Shown: positions 21,116 through 30,890 of the stretch, piece after piece
How the letters are laid out: each line of letters begins with the position of its first letter
Position numbering within the stretch: the stretch's first letter is position 1
Source: Nitrospinaceae bacterium
GTDB taxonomy: Bacteria; Nitrospinota; Nitrospinia; Nitrospinales; VA-1
DNA: 64,000 bases
NCBI GenBank assembly: GCA_046754465.1
Contig: JBHHVU010000005.1
Span: forward strand, 33,243 to 97,242
Direction: 5' to 3'
Translations under genes and position numbers: made by a program
Notes under the pieces: model-generated
What the model saw: the letters and a program-made list of their open reading frames with translations, nothing else
What the model was told of the DNA's origin: nothing
The model's database searches: none

Positions 21116-21315
21116 GTGGATTGCTCTTGGAGGTTCGTATGAATGTTTACGGCGCCCGGCCCCGAATTCGGAAAAAGGCGGGAGGGCATTCAATGCGGCT
21201 TTTGGCTTTTCCTTTAACTTGGCTCATGCAATATTCGGGCTAGGCAATGCTATCATGCTTTTTACGCGCGGCTCAACAGAAAAGCGGAAACTCCCGGCGG
21301 GCTCGGGAGGGCGAA

Positions 21316-22221
21316 TTAGGATTTGCAGGTCATTCCAGTGACGCGGCAGGTATAGCAGGCGGAGTGGACCAGGGGAAAAGGACGGAGTGTGTCTTTCAAG
21401 GAATCACCCATACGGGCTTCTTCGTGATCCACCAGGATGGGGCAGACATAGACACCCTTCCCGGTGGCCATTCTGGAAGAGGAACATTGCAGGTGGGTGA
21501 TATCGTACGATTCGAAACATTTCTCGGTAACGTGTTCGTCCTCGCCGTAGCAGCGAAGGTTCTCGGCCAGCCGCCCGAGCAGGAATCCCGGCAAAAATTT
21601 GATCCGTGGCAGGAGCACTCCGTGGCGTCGTAAAAATTCCAGGAAACGGGATTCCATGTCAGCGTCTTTTTCCTCATCCCAATTCCGGGTAATGGTCAAT
21701 ATCGGCGAAAACCCCAATTCCGACAGATGCCGGATGCCCTCCACCGCGCGGCGGTAGGCGCCCTGCCCCCGAATCTTGTCGTTGACCTCCTCTTCAAAAC
21801 TTTCCATGCTGACGCGAAACCGCAGGGGATGCGGCGAGCGATCCTGGATATCCCGCAGCCGGGCCGCTTTTTCCCGATCGATCAAGGTGCCGTTGGTCAA
21901 AACATCCAGCGGCCCCTGCTGGAGGATGGCCTCGAGAATTTCAAAAATTTCCGGATTGATGAACACCTCCCCGCCGGTGATGTAGTAATCCTTCACCCCC
22001 AGGTCCCGGGCGTCCACGAGGTGTTTTCGCACCTGTCCGAGAGTCATCATTTCGTGATTGTGGTTTTGCGGACCGCAACTGATGAAACAATGTGAGCATT
22101 GCAGATTGCACAGGGTGCCCCCGACCTGCATCCATAAGGTATCCAGCCGGGTCAAGGGAACCTCTGGAACCTTTGCGGCGCTTTTCTTGACGGATATCAT
22201 TTCTTCATTAAGAGCATCCAT
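21316..22221 (-). CDS. Radical SAM protein with Cys-rich C-terminus
   Basis: CNLQCSHC cluster motif, TGGE, LTNG, C-terminal C...CP...CYTC...C. Confidence 0.85.
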   Translation of the reverse strand: MDALNEEMISVKKSAAKVPEVPLTRLDTLWMQVGGTLCNLQCSHCFISCGPQNHNHEMMTLGQVRKHLVDARDLGVKDYYITGGEVFINPEIFEILEAILQQGPLDVLTNGTLIDREKAARLRDIQDRSPHPLRFRVSMESFEEEVNDKIRGQGAYRRAVEGIRHLSELGFSPILTITRNWDEEKDADMESRFLEFLRRHGVLLPRIKFLPGFLLGRLAENLRCYGEDEHVTEKCFESYDITHLQCSSSRMATGKGVYVCPILVDHEEARMGDSLKDTLRPFPLVHSACYTCRVTGMTCKS

Positions 22222-22227
22222 GACAAA

Positions 22228-22256
22228 AGCCTATCAGAGGGGGTTCTCTATTTCAA
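22228..22256 (-). promoter_or_regulatory. Sigma70-type promoter positioned for leaderless transcription of the radical SAM gene
   Basis: Minus strand TTGAAA-N17-TAGGCT with extended TG; only 6 nt between the -10 box and ATG 22221. Confidence 0.6.
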
Positions 22257-22459
22257 CCTGTTGCCGGCCCAGGTCCAATCATTATCTCCCAAAGTCGGGG
22301 CCGGGAGGTAAAAATTACACGGGGAAGGGATAAAAGACAGTTTTTCCGGAACAATGCGGGTCCCCCCGGCAGGGTGGGGGCAACAAACTTGACACGGGGA
22401 ATGACGCCCGGCCGGCAATCCAACTTTTGTTCCCCGCGGGGCTCCGTGCGGGGCATCCT

Positions 22460-23626
22460 TTACAATCCAGCCGATTCGTAGGAGTCGCTCACGTTTTTGA
22501 TCCGCAACTTTCTTCGCAGGGCGGCGAACCCTTCGGAGGCTTTTTTGCCCAGCCGGGACCGGTAAACGGGTTTGACCGCCAACCGGGCTTGTTTGGGATC
22601 GTGAGTGTAGAACCGGGTATCCAGGGGACTCACGCACCGGCAATGCGGGTACAGCCATTTCAGGGGCAATTTATCTCTTTGCGCCGCCTTTTCAAGATGC
22701 CGCACCACCTCCCTCACCCGCCAGTAATCCTTTCCGGTATGGATACTGGAGGGAACCAGCTTCAACAGGGGAATGATTCCCCGGCCGGTCAAAAGATCCA
22801 GTTTTTTCTTCACGAGGTCGATGGGTTCCGATGCCAGAACCAGTTCCGACCAGACCGTTCCCGGGGGAAAAATTCCAATGGCGTATTCCAATGCGTCATG
22901 GACCTGATGGGGCGGGGCCATCTCACCGGAAGGATCGGAACCGGCGAATCCTCCCAAGGGAAAATCCAAAAGGTCGAACCCGGCGGCGTACATCAAGTCC
23001 ACCGTCCGTCTCTCCTGCGGGGGAAACCCTTTCAGCGCCACGAAGGTTTTGAATTTCTTTTTGATCGCTTCGACCACAGGGGCCAGCAGTTGAAATCCGC
23101 GGTCCTCGTCATCGCAATAATCCATGTTGAGCTGCACGAGGTCTGCCGCCCCCTCCTCAAACGCCGACTGGACCACCAAAAGGATCTGGTCCTTGGAGAT
23201 ACTCAGCCGCCGGCCCTTGTGGATCGCCCGGAGAAAAATGTTCAGGCAGAACCCATCCAGGCAAACGTTTTCCGCCACAGGGGTCCGTTCCTTCAACTGG
23301 TTTTTCAGGAATAAAGGAAGGGGGATAACGCCCACCCCCTCTTCCCCGCTACCCGTGTCCAACAACACGTTGCCCTGATGAACCTTCAGCCGCATACGGC
23401 CCCGCCCATCGGATTTCAGAAGCACCTTGACGATGAAATTTTCCGCCAGCGTCAGGGCCACTTCCTCACCCGGACTGCCGGGGCATACTCCGCGTGCCAC
23501 TTCCGGCACCTCAAGCACCGCCTTGGGAATGAATAAACCGCCCTGGATCAGTTCCAGTTTCAATTGGCCGTAAGTCTTGACCGTCCGGTCCGCTTTCAGG
23601 CTCTGTGAGGGATTAAGGCTGTTCAC
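22460..23626 (-). CDS. Radical-SAM-like TIM-barrel protein lacking a recognisable cluster motif
   Basis: 388-aa ORF starting 6 nt after the mpl stop. Segments LKLEL..G, ED.G...L.P.VEAIKK.F, YAAG.D, ALEYA..IFP.GTV.S.L resemble MSMEG_0568-like radical SAM proteins, but there is no CxxxCxxC or CxxC. Confidence 0.6.
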   Translation of the reverse strand: MNSLNPSQSLKADRTVKTYGQLKLELIQGGLFIPKAVLEVPEVARGVCPGSPGEEVALTLAENFIVKVLLKSDGRGRMRLKVHQGNVLLDTGSGEEGVGVIPLPLFLKNQLKERTPVAENVCLDGFCLNIFLRAIHKGRRLSISKDQILLVVQSAFEEGAADLVQLNMDYCDDEDRGFQLLAPVVEAIKKKFKTFVALKGFPPQERRTVDLMYAAGFDLLDFPLGGFAGSDPSGEMAPPHQVHDALEYAIGIFPPGTVWSELVLASEPIDLVKKKLDLLTGRGIIPLLKLVPSSIHTGKDYWRVREVVRHLEKAAQRDKLPLKWLYPHCRCVSPLDTRFYTHDPKQARLAVKPVYRSRLGKKASEGFAALRRKLRIKNVSDSYESAGL

Positions 23627-23632
23627 GGGAAC

Positions 23633-25042
23633 TCACTTTTTCAAACGATCCAGCAGTTTTTGATGGATTCCGGAAAATCCGCCCGACGACATCACGAGGA
23701 CCACGTCGCCGCGCCGGTGGTTTCCGGCAATCCATTCGACGATATCTTCCACGTGCGGGATGAAACGGGCCTTGCCACCCCGCCGCCGGATGTCCCCGAC
23801 GACCCGTTCCGGGTCCAACCGGTCCTCGGCCGGAATCTTGTCCGGAGCATACAGTCCGGCGATGATCACTTCATCGGCGCGGAGGAAGCTGGCCGGGAAC
23901 TTCTCCTGAAACACCTTCCGGCGCGACGTCGCCGACCGGGGTTCGAACACCGCCCACACCCGGCTTTCCGGCCAGGCTTCCTTCACCGCGTCGAGGGTCA
24001 AGGCGATCGCCGTGGGATGGTGAGCGAAATCATCGATCACGGTGACGCCGTTTTGTTGCCCGGCCACCTCCTGCCGGCGGCGGATTCCCTGGAACGCCGC
24101 GAACGCCCCGCACACGGCATCCGCCGAAAGACCCAGCCGAATCGCCATCGCCGCCACCGCCACGGCGTTTTCCGCGTTGTGCCGGCCCATCATCGCCAGA
24201 CGCACTTTTCCGATTTCACGTCCCCGGTGCAAGAGATCGAAACACCCCATCCCTCCCTCGCGCCGGTACGATTCCATGCCCCAGTCCGCCTCCCGGGAAA
24301 CTCCATACGTCTCCACCGCGCAGGCGGCGCGGCTCAGAACCTCTTTTGCGGCTTGATCCTCAAATCTTACCAGCAAAAACCCCTCCGGGTCGATAAGTTC
24401 CACGAACTTTCTGAAAGAAGACTGGATGTGGTCCAGGTCCCTGAAGATATCCGCGTGATCGAACTCGATGCCGGTCAAAATCGCCGCGAACGGACGGTAA
24501 TGGAGAAACTTGGCCTCCTTGTCGAAAAACGCCGTGTCATATTCGTCCCCCTCGGTCACGAAAATATCTCCCCGGGGAACCCGGTAGTTGAGGTCAAAGT
24601 TTTTCATCCAGCCCCCGACCATGAATCCCGGATTCTGGCCGCAGGCGTGGAGCACCCAGCTCAAAAGCGAAGTGGTGGTCGTTTTCCCATGCGTGCCCGT
24701 GACGACCAGCGATTTCCGCCCTTCCAGGAAAAAGCGGGCCAGCGCGTCGGGGAACGACGTATACGGAATCCCAAGTTCCTGAACCGCCCGCACCTCCTCG
24801 TTCGTTTTTGAGACCGCGTTGCCGACGATGACGAGGTCGATATCCGGGGTGATATTTTCGCGCCGGTAGCCGGGCTTCACAGCAATGCCCGCCTCCGCGA
24901 GAAGCGTGCTCATGGGGGGGTAGACATGGTTGTCCGATCCCGCCACCCGGTATCCGGATTCCTTCAATAGTCCCGCGAGCGAGGCCATCCCGGTCCCGCA
25001 AATCGCGATAAGGTAAATCGATTTAGTATCTTGTGGAATCAT
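23633..25042 (-). CDS. mpl: UDP-N-acetylmuramate:L-alanyl-gamma-D-glutamyl-meso-diaminopimelate ligase (murein peptide ligase)
   Basis: IAICGTGMASLA, GTHGKTTT, EGDEYDTAFFDK, EFDHADI, DDFAHHPTAI, FEPRS, MSSGGF. Start ATG 25042; the track's TTG at 25081 is the -35 box. Confidence 0.92.
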   Translation of the reverse strand: MIPQDTKSIYLIAICGTGMASLAGLLKESGYRVAGSDNHVYPPMSTLLAEAGIAVKPGYRRENITPDIDLVIVGNAVSKTNEEVRAVQELGIPYTSFPDALARFFLEGRKSLVVTGTHGKTTTTSLLSWVLHACGQNPGFMVGGWMKNFDLNYRVPRGDIFVTEGDEYDTAFFDKEAKFLHYRPFAAILTGIEFDHADIFRDLDHIQSSFRKFVELIDPEGFLLVRFEDQAAKEVLSRAACAVETYGVSREADWGMESYRREGGMGCFDLLHRGREIGKVRLAMMGRHNAENAVAVAAMAIRLGLSADAVCGAFAAFQGIRRRQEVAGQQNGVTVIDDFAHHPTAIALTLDAVKEAWPESRVWAVFEPRSATSRRKVFQEKFPASFLRADEVIIAGLYAPDKIPAEDRLDPERVVGDIRRRGGKARFIPHVEDIVEWIAGNHRRGDVVLVMSSGGFSGIHQKLLDRLKK

Positions 25043-25052
25043 TCGAGAATGG

Positions 25053-25081
25053 ATTGTAGAAGGCCCAAGCGGACTTGTCAA
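25053..25081 (-). promoter_or_regulatory. Near-consensus sigma70 promoter of mpl
   Basis: Minus strand TTGACA-N17-TACAAT, 10 nt upstream of ATG 25042. Confidence 0.75.
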
Positions 25082-25159
25082 CCCAGGCGGAGTGCCTCCG
25101 CCGGCAATTTGACATGCGTTATATGCTCATAAACAATTAGAAGCCAATGGGGCCGCGGC

Positions 25160-25822
25160 CTATTCGCTCCCTGCGGGGCGAGGGATAAGCCGTTTCAACT
25201 CGGCGAGGTCACCGATGATCCAATTGGGCCGGGCGGCTTGAAGGGCCACGGTATCGCCCATGCCGTAGGTCACGGCGCAGGTGAGCACCCGGGCGTTCTT
25301 CCCGGTCTCGATGTCCAGGGGACTGTCTCCCACGATCAACACCTCGCCCGGTTCCAGGCCAAATTTCCGTATCAAGTGGCGGAGTCCCTGGGGATCGGGT
25401 TTCCGCGTCGGAAAACTGTCGCCGCCGATAATGGCCTGGAAAGGATCGAGGCAGTCCAGGTTTTCCAGGATTTTCCGCACGAAATCCTCGGGTTTGTTGG
25501 AGCAGATCGCCTGGTTTTTGTGGGAAAAATACTCGACCGTCTCGCGGCAGTTGGGATAAAAACGGGTGTGGTCCATGAGGTGACGGGCGTAATGTTCGCG
25601 GAATAGCGTCACGGCCTGGCCGATGTCGGTGAACGCCGTGCCGTCGAGGGCTCGGGTCATGAGGGTCACCACGCCGCGCCCCACGCAGGTTTGGATGGTT
25701 TCCCGGTCCAGGGTGCGCTCGCCAAGTTCCTTCAGGGTCAGGTTGACGGAGGTGGTGATGTCGTCGAGAGTGTCAACCAGGGTGCCGTCGAAATCGTAAA
25801 CGATGAGCGAGATTTTCTTCAT
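25160..25822 (-). CDS. gph: HAD-superfamily hydrolase, phosphoglycolate phosphatase-like
   Basis: YDFDGTLVDT, CSNK, KPDP, VGDS..DI..GKNA; start at MKKIS (25822). Confidence 0.75.
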   Translation of the reverse strand: MKKISLIVYDFDGTLVDTLDDITTSVNLTLKELGERTLDRETIQTCVGRGVVTLMTRALDGTAFTDIGQAVTLFREHYARHLMDHTRFYPNCRETVEYFSHKNQAICSNKPEDFVRKILENLDCLDPFQAIIGGDSFPTRKPDPQGLRHLIRKFGLEPGEVLIVGDSPLDIETGKNARVLTCAVTYGMGDTVALQAARPNWIIGDLAELKRLIPRPAGSE

Positions 25823-25949
25823 CGCGGAGCGCCTTTTAAATGAAACCCTCCTCTCGGCGTGCCTGCCGGCGGGGCTTGTTTGGGGCAAACGAAAAACCGC
25901 CGGGACCTAAAGAGGAGGGACGCTCTTTCCCCGGGAAGGGGGAATTCGT

Positions 25950-26261
25950 TCATTCATCGATGCTGGAGGTAAAACGGTAGGCTTTGACGACATTTTTGTC
26001 GTCGAACAGGATCACCAGGTCTTTCGATTGGGTATCATTGAACGCGCTCCACTTGTCAAACTGGTAAGTCCACATGGTATGGTTGTTTTCCGTTCCTTCC
26101 TTGAAGGGGACGCCAAACCAATCCAGAATTTCCGCCTGCGTTGTGGTATTATTCTGGATGTTTTTCACCTTGTCGCTGTCGAAGTTCTTGCCCACCGAAC
26201 CGCAACCGAGACCCCATGCGAAAATCGCGACGGCCCACAGGCAAATCAAAGATTGTTTCAT
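25950..26261 (-). CDS. Small lipoprotein, SmpA/OmlA (BamE)-like domain
   Basis: Lipobox GLGC, then TT..EI...FG.P, W.Y and L.I.FD...VV pattern; SD AAGGAGG. Confidence 0.7.
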   Translation of the reverse strand: MKQSLICLWAVAIFAWGLGCGSVGKNFDSDKVKNIQNNTTTQAEILDWFGVPFKEGTENNHTMWTYQFDKWSAFNDTQSKDLVILFDDKNVVKAYRFTSSIDE

Positions 26262-26437
26262 ATTTTCCTCCTTAGGATGATCAGATAGCTTTTTCGATTC
26301 GATGTGAATTTGTGGTTAACCGAGGGTTCCCATGAAATCAGGATTGGCGAAAATCAGTTTACCAGAATCGGAAAAAAAAGTATAACGTAACATTTCCATT
26401 CCGGGGAACCACTTTATGTGAAAGGAACAGGCCATTC

Positions 26438-27562
26438 ATGAACAGCGTTCCAAACCCCGGAAGGGGAAAACTGATTTTGGCGAAAGGGAAAACAGGTTCC
26501 CGGGACGAGCCCGCCGCGGCGGTTTTTTCATCTCTCCCGGGCGTTCTTCTTCTGGGCGCGTTGCTTTTTGCCGGCTGCGCCGGGATCTCCGAGAACATGG
26601 GGTTCCCCCCCGCCGCCCCGCCGGCCGGGACGGAACAGGAACCGGCCGCGGCTCCTTCGGGGAAACCGTTTGTTCCCGACGGTTATTTTGAAAAAACTCC
26701 GCCGCTGGGGGAAAAGGGCTACCTGCTCATGCCCCTCGCGCCGGACGTTTATTTCTTCTCCTCCGGAGTCTACAACACGATGTTCGTTGTGACAACGGAA
26801 GGGGTGGTGCTCGTGGACCCGATTCGGGGCCAGGGGGAAAGGATCAAAAGAGCGATCGGCGAAATCACCAGCCAGCCGGTGCGGTTCATGATTTATTCCC
26901 ACCCTCATCTTGACCATATTGGAGACGCGCATCTCTTCGCGGGAGACACGCAGATCATCGCCCACCGGGAAACCCGGAAACTCCTGGAGTTGTACAAGGA
27001 CCCGAATCGACCCATCCCGCACATCACCTTCGGAAAAAATTACAGTCTGAGCCTCGGTGGGATCCAAATTGATCTGATCTATCCCGGCGAAGGCCACGGC
27101 AAGGGCAATATCATTATTTATTTGCCGCAACGCAAGGTTTTGATGTATGTCGATGTGGCCACGCCCCGGGCGGTTCCGTTCAAAAACTTCGTCACCATCA
27201 ATATCTACAGTCAGATCAAGGGCATCGAGCGGGCCTTGAAACTGGATTTCGACGTGTATGTCGCGGGGCATCTCCACCGTCCCGGAAAGAAGAAGGAGAT
27301 GAAGGAGGTGTTGAAATATTATTTCGCCTCCAAGCGCGCGGATGTTCTAGCCTTGAAACGGGTGGCTTTCAAGGACGTCCGCTCCCGCTCCAGAACTCAA
27401 GATGTGGAAAGGCTGTTCGGGGAATATTACGAGGCGGTGGCGGAGGAGTGTTACCGGATCTTAAAAAAGGATTGGACGAAGCGGTTGATGGGATTTGAGG
27501 CTTTTGCGCGGGGCCACTGCGATGTCTGGACTTCGTTCCACCGCACCCACCTCGCCCCCTAA
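26438..27562 (+). CDS. Exported MBL-fold metallo-hydrolase (probable lipoprotein)
   Basis: Lipobox FAGC; HPHLDH, GH, D and AGH metal ligands intact. Confidence 0.8.
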   Translation: MNSVPNPGRGKLILAKGKTGSRDEPAAAVFSSLPGVLLLGALLFAGCAGISENMGFPPAAPPAGTEQEPAAAPSGKPFVPDGYFEKTPPLGEKGYLLMPLAPDVYFFSSGVYNTMFVVTTEGVVLVDPIRGQGERIKRAIGEITSQPVRFMIYSHPHLDHIGDAHLFAGDTQIIAHRETRKLLELYKDPNRPIPHITFGKNYSLSLGGIQIDLIYPGEGHGKGNIIIYLPQRKVLMYVDVATPRAVPFKNFVTINIYSQIKGIERALKLDFDVYVAGHLHRPGKKKEMKEVLKYYFASKRADVLALKRVAFKDVRSRSRTQDVERLFGEYYEAVAEECYRILKKDWTKRLMGFEAFARGHCDVWTSFHRTHLAP

Positions 27563-27629
27563 GGGCCATCTTCGGATTGGAAACCCCGGACTTTATTATC
27601 CGCCGGTCCGATCCTCTTCCTCAAGTTCC

Positions 27630-28643
27630 TCAAGAAGCGTTTTCGATTTGGGCGTACTCGGCCATGATTTTTTCGGCGTCGGTGTGCGAATGGGCAGGCA
27701 TGCGGGCACCGAGGTGGCCCACCACTTGGGCCGCGCAATAGGAACCGAGAATGGCCGATTCTTTCAGGCCCTGGTTTTGGATGATTCCGTGCAGGGCTCC
27801 GGCAGCGAACAAATCGCCGGCGCCGGTGGTATCCACCGGGGTGACGGGAAAAGCGCTAGTGGCGATTTTGTGTCCCTCGCTGTTTCCCACCCAGGACCCT
27901 TGGGACCCGAGGGTGAGGAACACTGTATCCGCCATTGCCTTGAGCTTCTCGAACGCTGATTCGATATCGGGGGTGTCCCCCATGGCCAGGGCCTCCACCT
28001 CGTTGCAGAACAGGATATCCACGTTCCAGCGGAGGAAGTCGGTGAGGCTGTCCTTGAAATGGTTGACCACGAACGCGTCGCTCAGGGTCAAGGCCAGGGG
28101 GATGTCATTTTTTTTGGCGATTTCCCCCATTTTTAACGCGGCGGCGCGCGTCTCGCCTTGGGTCCACAAATACCCTTCGAGGTACACTACGCGCGCGTTG
28201 CGGATAACGGTTTCGTCCACGTTGCCGGGGTGAAGCGCCGCCGAAACTCCCAGGTGGGTGAGCATGGTGCGCTCGGAATCGGGGGTAATGAGAACGACGC
28301 AGGTACCGGTTCCGTCCGATTCAGCCCCCGGCCCGGGGAATCCCACCCGGCACACTTTCATATCCTCCGAGTAATGCCGTCCGTAATTGTCATTGGCGAC
28401 GCGGCCCAGGTAGTAGGCGCTGGAGCCGAGTACGGAGGCGCCGTGCACGGTGTTGGCGGCCGACCCGCCGGAAGAGATTTTCCTGGGCCGGTCCGAAAGC
28501 GCTTTCAGAATCCGGTCCTGCTCCTCGGAAGTGGACAACGTCATGCCCCCCTTGACCACGGAAAGCTCTTCGATGAAGGCATCCTCCACCTTGACTTCGA
28601 TGTCCACCAAGGCGTTACCGATTCCCACAAGATCGTAATTCAT
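27630..28643 (-). CDS. PfkB-family kinase (adenosine kinase-like)
   Basis: GIGNALVD, SGGSAANT, ERTM.T.LG, EGYLW, FCNEVEA, DTTGAGDLFAAG. Confidence 0.9.
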   Translation of the reverse strand: MNYDLVGIGNALVDIEVKVEDAFIEELSVVKGGMTLSTSEEQDRILKALSDRPRKISSGGSAANTVHGASVLGSSAYYLGRVANDNYGRHYSEDMKVCRVGFPGPGAESDGTGTCVVLITPDSERTMLTHLGVSAALHPGNVDETVIRNARVVYLEGYLWTQGETRAAALKMGEIAKKNDIPLALTLSDAFVVNHFKDSLTDFLRWNVDILFCNEVEALAMGDTPDIESAFEKLKAMADTVFLTLGSQGSWVGNSEGHKIATSAFPVTPVDTTGAGDLFAAGALHGIIQNQGLKESAILGSYCAAQVVGHLGARMPAHSHTDAEKIMAEYAQIENAS

Positions 28644-28683
28644 GTGTTATAAAATCTCCTGTCCGCTGACCGGAAAAAGTGTT

Positions 28684-29226
28684 TCAGGCCCCGCTCCCGG
28701 TCCCCGTTTCCTGCCGCCGCTGGATAAACATTTTATATATCAGCGTGGAGAAAACCGTCACCCCGGCAGCGAAGAAGGACCCGGCGGAAACCTGGGCCAC
28801 CAGGCCCACGGCCTCTTTTGCCGCGCCGGTCGATCCCATTCCCGGAGCCAGCAAGGCGGAAAAAAACCAGAACGCCCCGTAACCCAGACTGCCGAACCCG
28901 GCGAGAATCGATATCCCCATCTGCAAACGGGGCGGGATTTTGAGCCAGGCAATCAAAAGCGAAAAGGCAATGGCGATCACGCCCATGGTCTGGGAATGAA
29001 AATGGGCCCGTTTCAAATAGGACCAGGATTTGTTCACCACCTTCCTGGCCTTTGACGATTTTCCCTGGTACTTATCAGAAAGCACCGAATGGGCCTTGTC
29101 TTTCAGGATGCCCTTGATGTCATCCTCGCAGCAACCGAAGGAAAGTCCCAGCGAACCTCCAAACAAAATCGCGATCATGGCAAGGAGCACGCCGTATTTG
29201 ATGTAGGTGAAATCGACCATGGACAA
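28684..29226 (-). CDS. Hypothetical four-helix membrane protein
   Basis: 180 aa, four hydrophobic segments, RAHFH motif, SD GGAGG; same strand as and just upstream of the PfkB gene. Confidence 0.7.
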   Translation of the reverse strand: MSMVDFTYIKYGVLLAMIAILFGGSLGLSFGCCEDDIKGILKDKAHSVLSDKYQGKSSKARKVVNKSWSYLKRAHFHSQTMGVIAIAFSLLIAWLKIPPRLQMGISILAGFGSLGYGAFWFFSALLAPGMGSTGAAKEAVGLVAQVSAGSFFAAGVTVFSTLIYKMFIQRRQETGTGSGA

Positions 29227-29373
29227 CCTCCGGTAAAAATTTTTTTATTATAACACTCTTGTCAAGGCACTCCCGCCGCGCGTTCCAGGAAAAGGGTACA
29301 AGAAATGAGAGGACTCCTTTATACTATCGAGGCAGGGTACTCAGGTTTCCCCAAACGTGAACAAAGATTTTTC

Positions 29374-30888
29374 ATGGAGTCTGATAAAATCAAGAAATTG
29401 TATTTACCTACCCTTCTCGTTGCCGCATCGCTTTTTTCTTTCCTTCCCGATGCGCTTCCCGCCCCCCGGCAGACCGCGGCGGACCATTTCCGGAAGAAAA
29501 TGGAGAACATTCTCGCCCACCCCTGCCTGAAAAATAACCATTACGGGATCGAGGTTTATTCCCTGGAAAAAAAGGAGGTCCTTTTCGCCGCGGGGAATGG
29601 CGATTTATTCATTCCCGCCTCGAACCTCAAATTGATCACCACGGCGGCGGCCCTGGAATATCTTGGGCCGGATTATCGATTTATCACCCGGCTATATTCT
29701 CCCGGCCGTCTGGAAGGAGACACCCTTTTCGGCGATCTGTACATCAAGGGATTCGGCGACCCCAAGCTGGTCACAGAGCAGATGTGGCTTCTGGTCAACG
29801 CCTTGAAGGGCTTTCCCATCAAAAAGATCGTGGGAAACATTCTCGCCGACGACAGTTTTTTCGATTCCCGGCTCCGGTTAAAAACCTGGGGGAAAAATCC
29901 GGGACCCCAGGCCTACAACGCCCCATTGGGGGCTCTATCGTTCAACTTCAACACGGTGACGGTTTATATATCTCCCGGGCTTCGGTCCGGGGAGCGGCCC
30001 CGGGTGATCGTGGAACCCGATACCCCCTACGTGCGGGTGGACAACCAGGCGCGGACCCTTGCGCGCGGTGAAAAACCGCGGTTGAGCGTGAATCGGGTTC
30101 ACCGGGGCGGTCATGATGAGATCACGGTGCGGGGCGGCATTCCCCTGGGCCACTCCCGGAAAAGATATTTTATAAACATTACGAATCCCACGGAATACAC
30201 GTTACATGTTTTCCAGGATTATCTGGTTCGCGCCGGCATCGAGGTGGTGGGAAAAACCGGGCGGGGAACCGTTCCCGGAAACGCCCGCCTTCTGGTCACT
30301 CACCGGTCGGAACCCCTGTCCCTGGTTCTTCGGGGATTGAACAAATTCAGCAATAATTTAATCGCCGAGCAGGTATTGAAAACGATGGCGGCGGAAAGAT
30401 TCGGTCCGCCGGGAACCACGGAAAACGGATTGAAGATCATCCGCGAATACATGCAGTCCCTGGGGTACGCGGACGGACAATACCGAATCGTCGATGGCTC
30501 CGGCCTGTCCCGCCAGAACCGTTTGTCCCCGGGCGCGATCATCCGGGTTCTGAAACATGTGCGAAAAGATCTGAGCCTGTATCCGGAATTTATCTCCGCG
30601 CTGGGAGTCATGGGGGTGGATGGTAACGTGAAGAAACGGATGAACGGGGTAAAAAATTCACAAAGGGCGAGAGTGAAGACGGGAACCCTCAATTCCGTGA
30701 GCGCCCTCTCGGGGTACTTTCAATCACGGGACGGCGAGTTGTTCGCTTTTTCAATTCTGATGAATGACCTGAGTTGTCACAATGGCCAAGCGATGGAAAT
30801 TCAGGACAAAATCGTTCAGGAAGGACTGAAATTCCAACGTGGGGAAAATCCTGGGAATCCGGGAATCACCGAATCCAACGGAACTTGA
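29374..30888 (+). CDS. dacB: D-alanyl-D-alanine carboxypeptidase/endopeptidase (PBP4, peptidase S13)
   Basis: Signal peptide; PASNLK (SxxK), SNN (SxN), DGSGLSR, KTGTL. Confidence 0.93.
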   Translation: MESDKIKKLYLPTLLVAASLFSFLPDALPAPRQTAADHFRKKMENILAHPCLKNNHYGIEVYSLEKKEVLFAAGNGDLFIPASNLKLITTAAALEYLGPDYRFITRLYSPGRLEGDTLFGDLYIKGFGDPKLVTEQMWLLVNALKGFPIKKIVGNILADDSFFDSRLRLKTWGKNPGPQAYNAPLGALSFNFNTVTVYISPGLRSGERPRVIVEPDTPYVRVDNQARTLARGEKPRLSVNRVHRGGHDEITVRGGIPLGHSRKRYFINITNPTEYTLHVFQDYLVRAGIEVVGKTGRGTVPGNARLLVTHRSEPLSLVLRGLNKFSNNLIAEQVLKTMAAERFGPPGTTENGLKIIREYMQSLGYADGQYRIVDGSGLSRQNRLSPGAIIRVLKHVRKDLSLYPEFISALGVMGVDGNVKKRMNGVKNSQRARVKTGTLNSVSALSGYFQSRDGELFAFSILMNDLSCHNGQAMEIQDKIVQEGLKFQRGENPGNPGITESNGT

Positions 30889-30890
30889 AA

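Noticed and set aside
25109..25137. Plus-strand TTGACA pointing antisense into gph
   Set aside because: The matching -10 (AACAAT) lacks the first conserved T; too weak to call.
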